Below, piece after piece: positions 60,305 to 64,000 of a DNA stretch of 64,000 nucleotides (position 1 is its first letter; the number at the start of each line of letters is the position of its first letter). Position numbers and translations under genes: made by a program. Source of the DNA: Candidatus Margulisiibacteriota bacterium (GTDB lineage: Bacteria; Margulisbacteria; Riflemargulisbacteria; GWF2-35-9); NCBI GenBank assembly GCA_028715625.1, contig JAQURL010000003.1, forward strand, positions 5,533-69,532. Reading direction: 5' to 3'. The notes beneath the pieces were generated by a model that was not told where the DNA came from, made no database searches, and saw only the letters and a program-made list of their open reading frames with translations.

Positions 60305-62371
60305 TTATTTTGTAATTTCCTGCAGGGCGAAAACATGAATGCGGTCCCCTTCTTTATATTCATTAAAACCATCCAGCACTATTCCGCATTCGTAACCCAT
60401 TTGAACTTCTTTTACATCGTCTTTAAATCTTTTTAAAGAGGTTAATTTACCCTGAAATATCATATTATTATCGCGAAAAATCTCTACTTCGGAATTGCGT
60501 ACAGCCTTACCTTCGGTTACATAACAACCCGCGATAACACCGACTTTGGAAAACTTGAACAAACTTCTGACCTCAGCTACTCCGATCATTACCCGTTCAT
60601 AAGTTGGTTTCAAAAGACCTTTTAAGGTGCCGTTCAATTCATCTATAAGTTTATAAATAATATTATATAATTTAATAACAATTCCATCTTCCTCTGCCTT
60701 GTTTTTTATTTCCATTGGTAAGGCTACATTAAATCCCAGAATAATAGACTGAGAAGCTTTGGCCAGCATCACGTCTGATTCTGTAATAATACCGGTGCTG
60801 CTATGCACCACATTGACAGTGGTATTCTCCACCTTAATTTTTGCTATGGAGCTGAGTATGGCTTCCAGTGAGCCTATCACGTCAGCCTTGATTATCAAAT
60901 TAACAGTAGTGATTTCCCCTTCGCTTATTTTCTGGGAAAAATCTTCCAGGGTCATTGCCTTTTTCTTTTTTCTCATATCATCTTCTACTTCATGTCTGCG
61001 TTCCTCAGCAATATTTTTTGCTTCTTTTTCTGAAGAAACAACCTGCATAACGTCCCCAACATTAGGCACATCGGAAAGCCCCATTATTTCTACTGGCAAA
61101 GAAGGCGTTGCGTCTTTTCTGGTTTTGCCGGAATCATCGGTTATAGCTCGGACTTTTCCGAATACATGACCGATAACAAATGGGTTACCCACGCGCAACG
61201 TACCGCTTTTTATTAAAACAGTGGCAATCGGTCCCTTGTTTTTTGATAAATGCGATTCCAGAATGATACCCACAGCTTTTTTATGCGGATTGGCTTTCAG
61301 CTCTTCCATTTCTGAAACCAGCAGAATCATTTCCAGTAACTCTTTTATACCTTTGCCTTCTTTGGCAGATACAGGAACAACAACTGTTTTTCCGCCCCAT
61401 TCTTCGGGCACCATATCATATTCTGTAAGCTGTTGTTTAACCCGGTCTATGTTGGCTTCCGGTTTGTCGATTTTATTAATTGCTACAATAATAGGTACTT
61501 TAGCGGCCTTGGCGTGATTGATAGCTTCAATGGTTTGCGGCATAATACCGTCGTCAGCGGCAACAACCAGAATAACCACATCGGTAATGGTAGCTCCCCT
61601 GGCCCTGATTTCCGTAAAGGCTTCGTGGCCGGGAGTATCGATAAAGGTTATATCCTTACCATGCACATGTACCTGATAAGCACCAATATGCTGCGTAATA
61701 CCACCGGCTTCCCTATCTACGACATTTGTTTTGCGTATGGCATCCAGCAATTTGGTTTTTCCATGGTCTACATGTCCCATAACCGTAACAATCGGAGGAC
61801 GTTCTTTTAGAAATCTCTCCTCTTCTTCTATCTCAGCCAGAAAAACATCTTCTACTCGTTTTTGCTGATCGGTTTTTTTTATGGCTTTAATATCCAGCGC
61901 TATATTGAACTGACCGGCTATTTCTTCAGCCAGGGTCATATCTATATTCTGATTAAGGTTCATCATCAGGCCCTTTTTCAAAAGAGCGGTAAGTATCTGA
62001 GTAACGGGTACATTAATAAGCAGAGCGAATTCTTTTACGGTTAAAACTTCATTTTCTATTTCTACTACTGTCAGCTCAGGCTTGGGAGCCTCTTCTTTTT
62101 TGGGGAGTGGTTCTTCCAGGGCTATCGGTACCTGTTTCTTTTCAGGCAATACAGGTTCTTCCAAGGCAGGCTCTGCTTTTTCCTTGATGGATTTCTTTTC
62201 TTTTCTTTCTTTTGCCTCGTTCATTCCCTGCAAATGAGATTTTACTTTTTTTACATCTTCATCGGAAATACTGGAGGAATGACTTTTGGCCTCTATATTG
62301 AGTTTAGCCAGAATTGTCAGTAAAACTTTACTGGTTAATCCAAGTTCTTTGGCAATTTCATGGACTCTCAA
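60305..62371 (-). CDS. infB: Translation initiation factor IF-2
   Basis: 688 aa. N-terminal IF2_N helical domain, G domain ([17 protein letters not shown]) and C-terminal domains. Confidence 0.97.
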   Translation of the reverse strand: MRVHEIAKELGLTSKVLLTILAKLNIEAKSHSSSISDEDVKKVKSHLQGMNEAKERKEKKSIKEKAEPALEEPVLPEKKQVPIALEEPLPKKEEAPKPELTVVEIENEVLTVKEFALLINVPVTQILTALLKKGLMMNLNQNIDMTLAEEIAGQFNIALDIKAIKKTDQQKRVEDVFLAEIEEEERFLKERPPIVTVMGHVDHGKTKLLDAIRKTNVVDREAGGITQHIGAYQVHVHGKDITFIDTPGHEAFTEIRARGATITDVVILVVAADDGIMPQTIEAINHAKAAKVPIIVAINKIDKPEANIDRVKQQLTEYDMVPEEWGGKTVVVPVSAKEGKGIKELLEMILLVSEMEELKANPHKKAVGIILESHLSKNKGPIATVLIKSGTLRVGNPFVIGHVFGKVRAITDDSGKTRKDATPSLPVEIMGLSDVPNVGDVMQVVSSEKEAKNIAEERRHEVEDDMRKKKKAMTLEDFSQKISEGEITTVNLIIKADVIGSLEAILSSIAKIKVENTTVNVVHSSTGIITESDVMLAKASQSIILGFNVALPMEIKNKAEEDGIVIKLYNIIYKLIDELNGTLKGLLKPTYERVMIGVAEVRSLFKFSKVGVIAGCYVTEGKAVRNSEVEIFRDNNMIFQGKLTSLKRFKDDVKEVQMGYECGIVLDGFNEYKEGDRIHVFALQEITK

Positions 62372-62393
62372 TAAAAAGACCTTCTTTCCTAAA

Positions 62394-63689
62394 TTAAGCT
62401 ATTGTTTCTTTAATTTTCATATACAGATCGTAATCTATATTGCTGGTTGCGCTTTTAACTTTATGGCCTTGTTCTTCCACTTTTTTTATAAATTCATCTG
62501 TATTCATGCCCAGTTCGCTGGCTGCTTCATTGACTCTGATCTTTTTCTTTTCATCTTTTTCCACTTTTTTCTCTTCTACTTTTATTTCGGTTTCTTTTTT
62601 AGTGGCATTAGATTTCTTTTCAGCCATAAGTTTATCCAGCAGATTTGCTTCCACTTCGCTTTTTTTGACTACGTCAATGTTCCAGCCTGTAAGCTTGGAA
62701 GCCAATCTCACATTCAGCCCGGTCTTGCCGATGGCTAATGAAAGCTGATCATCCTCAACAATAGCTTTGGCCCTTTTTTCATCTTTATCCACGATTTCCA
62801 CTCTATAAATGGTTGCTGGTTTTAAAGCATTGGCGATAAGTTCGCAAGTATCTTCTTTCCATTCAATAATATCAATTTTTTCACCGTTAATTTCCTTAAG
62901 CACAGCCTGGATACGCGCGCCCATTCGTCCGACGCAAGTACCTACGGCTCCTACTTCAGCACTGTTGGAATGAACTGCTATCTTTGTTCTGTAACCGGCT
63001 TTCCTGGCAATTGCTTTAATTTCTATAACACCTTCGGCAATTTCCGGAACTTCCAGTTCAAACATCTTTTTTACCAACCCTTCATGTGACCTGGAAACAA
63101 CAACTTCCGGTCCTCGATTGGTACGGGCAATATCCACCAGGTATAATTTTATGCGGTCTTTAAGACGATATGTTTCGTCGGGTATCTGATTGCGATAATC
63201 AAGGACAGCTTCTGTTCGTCCCAGATTTATAAGATAATTACTACCTTCTATGCGCTGGACAATACCTGTAATCAGGTTACCTATCTTATCCTGATATTCG
63301 GACATGATAGACTTTTTTTCAGCCTCAATAATACGCTGAGTAATAACCTGTTTGGCTTTTTGCGCGGCTATACGACCGAAATCGGGCGGATGGATTTCCA
63401 TATCTACTTCTTCACCCAGTTTGGCAGTAGACCTAAGTTTCTTTGCTTCTTTGGTGGTAATTTCTGTTTTAGGATCGGTTACAGTTTTTACAACTTTCAT
63501 GGTAGCCATTATCATGGCGTTACTGTTATCCAGGTCCAGTATAGCTTTAAGATTGTCGGAAACCCCGTAATAACGCTTGGCTGCCAATACCAGAGCATCT
63601 GAAATGGCGCCCATTATTTCATCTTCAGGGATACCTCTCTCACTTTTTATCTGAGCTATAACTTCTCTTAATCCGTCGATCTTAATCAT
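62394..63689 (-). CDS. nusA: Transcription termination/antitermination factor NusA
   Basis: 431 aa. N-terminal domain, S1, KH1 and KH2 (GRMGARIQAV...GKTGLNVRLASKLTG), then a K/E-rich linker and a C-terminal segment of about 45 aa. Confidence 0.95.
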   Translation of the reverse strand: MIKIDGLREVIAQIKSERGIPEDEIMGAISDALVLAAKRYYGVSDNLKAILDLDNSNAMIMATMKVVKTVTDPKTEITTKEAKKLRSTAKLGEEVDMEIHPPDFGRIAAQKAKQVITQRIIEAEKKSIMSEYQDKIGNLITGIVQRIEGSNYLINLGRTEAVLDYRNQIPDETYRLKDRIKLYLVDIARTNRGPEVVVSRSHEGLVKKMFELEVPEIAEGVIEIKAIARKAGYRTKIAVHSNSAEVGAVGTCVGRMGARIQAVLKEINGEKIDIIEWKEDTCELIANALKPATIYRVEIVDKDEKRAKAIVEDDQLSLAIGKTGLNVRLASKLTGWNIDVVKKSEVEANLLDKLMAEKKSNATKKETEIKVEEKKVEKDEKKKIRVNEAASELGMNTDEFIKKVEEQGHKVKSATSNIDYDLYMKIKETIA

Positions 63690-63712
63690 GAATTAAACTC
63701 CTTTTCAAGATT

Positions 63713-63736
63713 AAAAAAAAAGTGGGAAAATCCCAC
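63713..63736 (-). terminator. Intrinsic-terminator-like hairpin immediately upstream of the nusA RBS (candidate attenuator)
   Basis: On the minus strand: GTGGGA-ttt-TCCCAC followed by TTTTTTTTT, then AATCTTGAAAAGGAGTTTAATTC-ATG (nusA). The hairpin sits inside the leader. Confidence 0.5.
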
Positions 63737-63768
63737 CTTCCTGAGCAACACAATTATATTACTTAATA

Positions 63769-63783
63769 AGTAATACAGCAACC
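63769..63783. promoter_or_regulatory. Perfect 7-1-7 palindrome TTACTTA-A-TAAGTAA in the nusA leader (operator-like)
   Basis: Read directly from the sequence. About 80 nt upstream of the nusA ATG and 33 nt upstream of the terminator-like hairpin. Confidence 0.3.
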
Positions 63784-64000
63784 ACAAAATTATTTGGGGT
63801 TAGGAACTCCTGCATTAAACCATGAAATATACATTTACGACAATAACCGGAATAAAGACAAAATATAACCGTTTTTGTAAATATTCAGAGTTGTACATAC
63901 ACATAAAAAGACAGGTGTAATATGCTAAAATGTTTACAGCATAGATATTTGCAAACCTGAGAGTATGTCCGGGAACCTGATACAACAACTGCGCACCGCT

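Noticed and set aside
1-64000. CRISPR arrays, IS elements, integrases, phage or toxin-antitoxin genes
   Set aside because: No direct-repeat/spacer periodicity, no transposase or integrase ORFs and no atypical-composition island seen. The window is contiguous core genome.

Overview
AT-rich bacterial chromosome window, roughly one-third GC by eye, made almost entirely of conserved core genes. Apart from lysE, ilvE and one hypothetical gene, every gene from 54 to 51838 is on the minus strand.

Layout, read along the minus strand from high to low coordinates:
- 63689-57462: a nusA-infB-rbfA-nrnA-truB-ribF operon.
- 57380-53146: purM-purN, a hypothetical gene on the opposite strand, purH and an HD-domain gene.
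- 51838-21172: an unbroken ribosomal/transcription super-operon (rpmG, tRNA-Trp, secE-nusG, rplKAJL, rpoBC, rpsLG-fusA-tuf, S10/spc/alpha operons with secY, adk, infA, rpmJ, rpoA, rplQ, then truA-rplM-rpsI).
- 21147-7203: serA, an orphan PAS histidine kinase, queA, thrC, an Lrp regulator, an aminotransferase, archaeal-type phosphoglycerate mutase apgM, rseP, a split transketolase, ftsEX and a PpiC-type peptidyl-prolyl isomerase.
- 7094-54: a phosphate island with phoR/phoB-like genes, a porin, two tandem pstS paralogues and pstC.

The outer-membrane porin and signal-peptide proteins indicate a diderm cell. Phylum cannot be assigned from sequence alone.

Small genes missing from the ORF track (rpmJ, rpmG, tRNA-Trp) were found by hand, and three over-extended track ORFs (rplE, rpsC, nusG) were trimmed.

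I see no convincing new multi-gene system such as a defence island, CRISPR array, mobile element or biosynthetic cluster. The items worth a second look are small-scale:
- a terminator-like hairpin abutting the nusA ribosome-binding site, plus an operator-like palindrome in a 310-nt leader;
- a NusA C-terminal segment resembling the IF-2 N-terminal domain;
- an acidic N-terminal extension on NusG;
- an uncharacterised basic 142-aa gene on the opposite strand inside the pur cluster;
- Pho-box-like direct repeats in front of the second pstS copy;
- structured GC-rich elements in the rplL-rpoB, rplA-rplJ and PPIase-phoR gaps;
- an unusually compact rpoB of 1066 aa.
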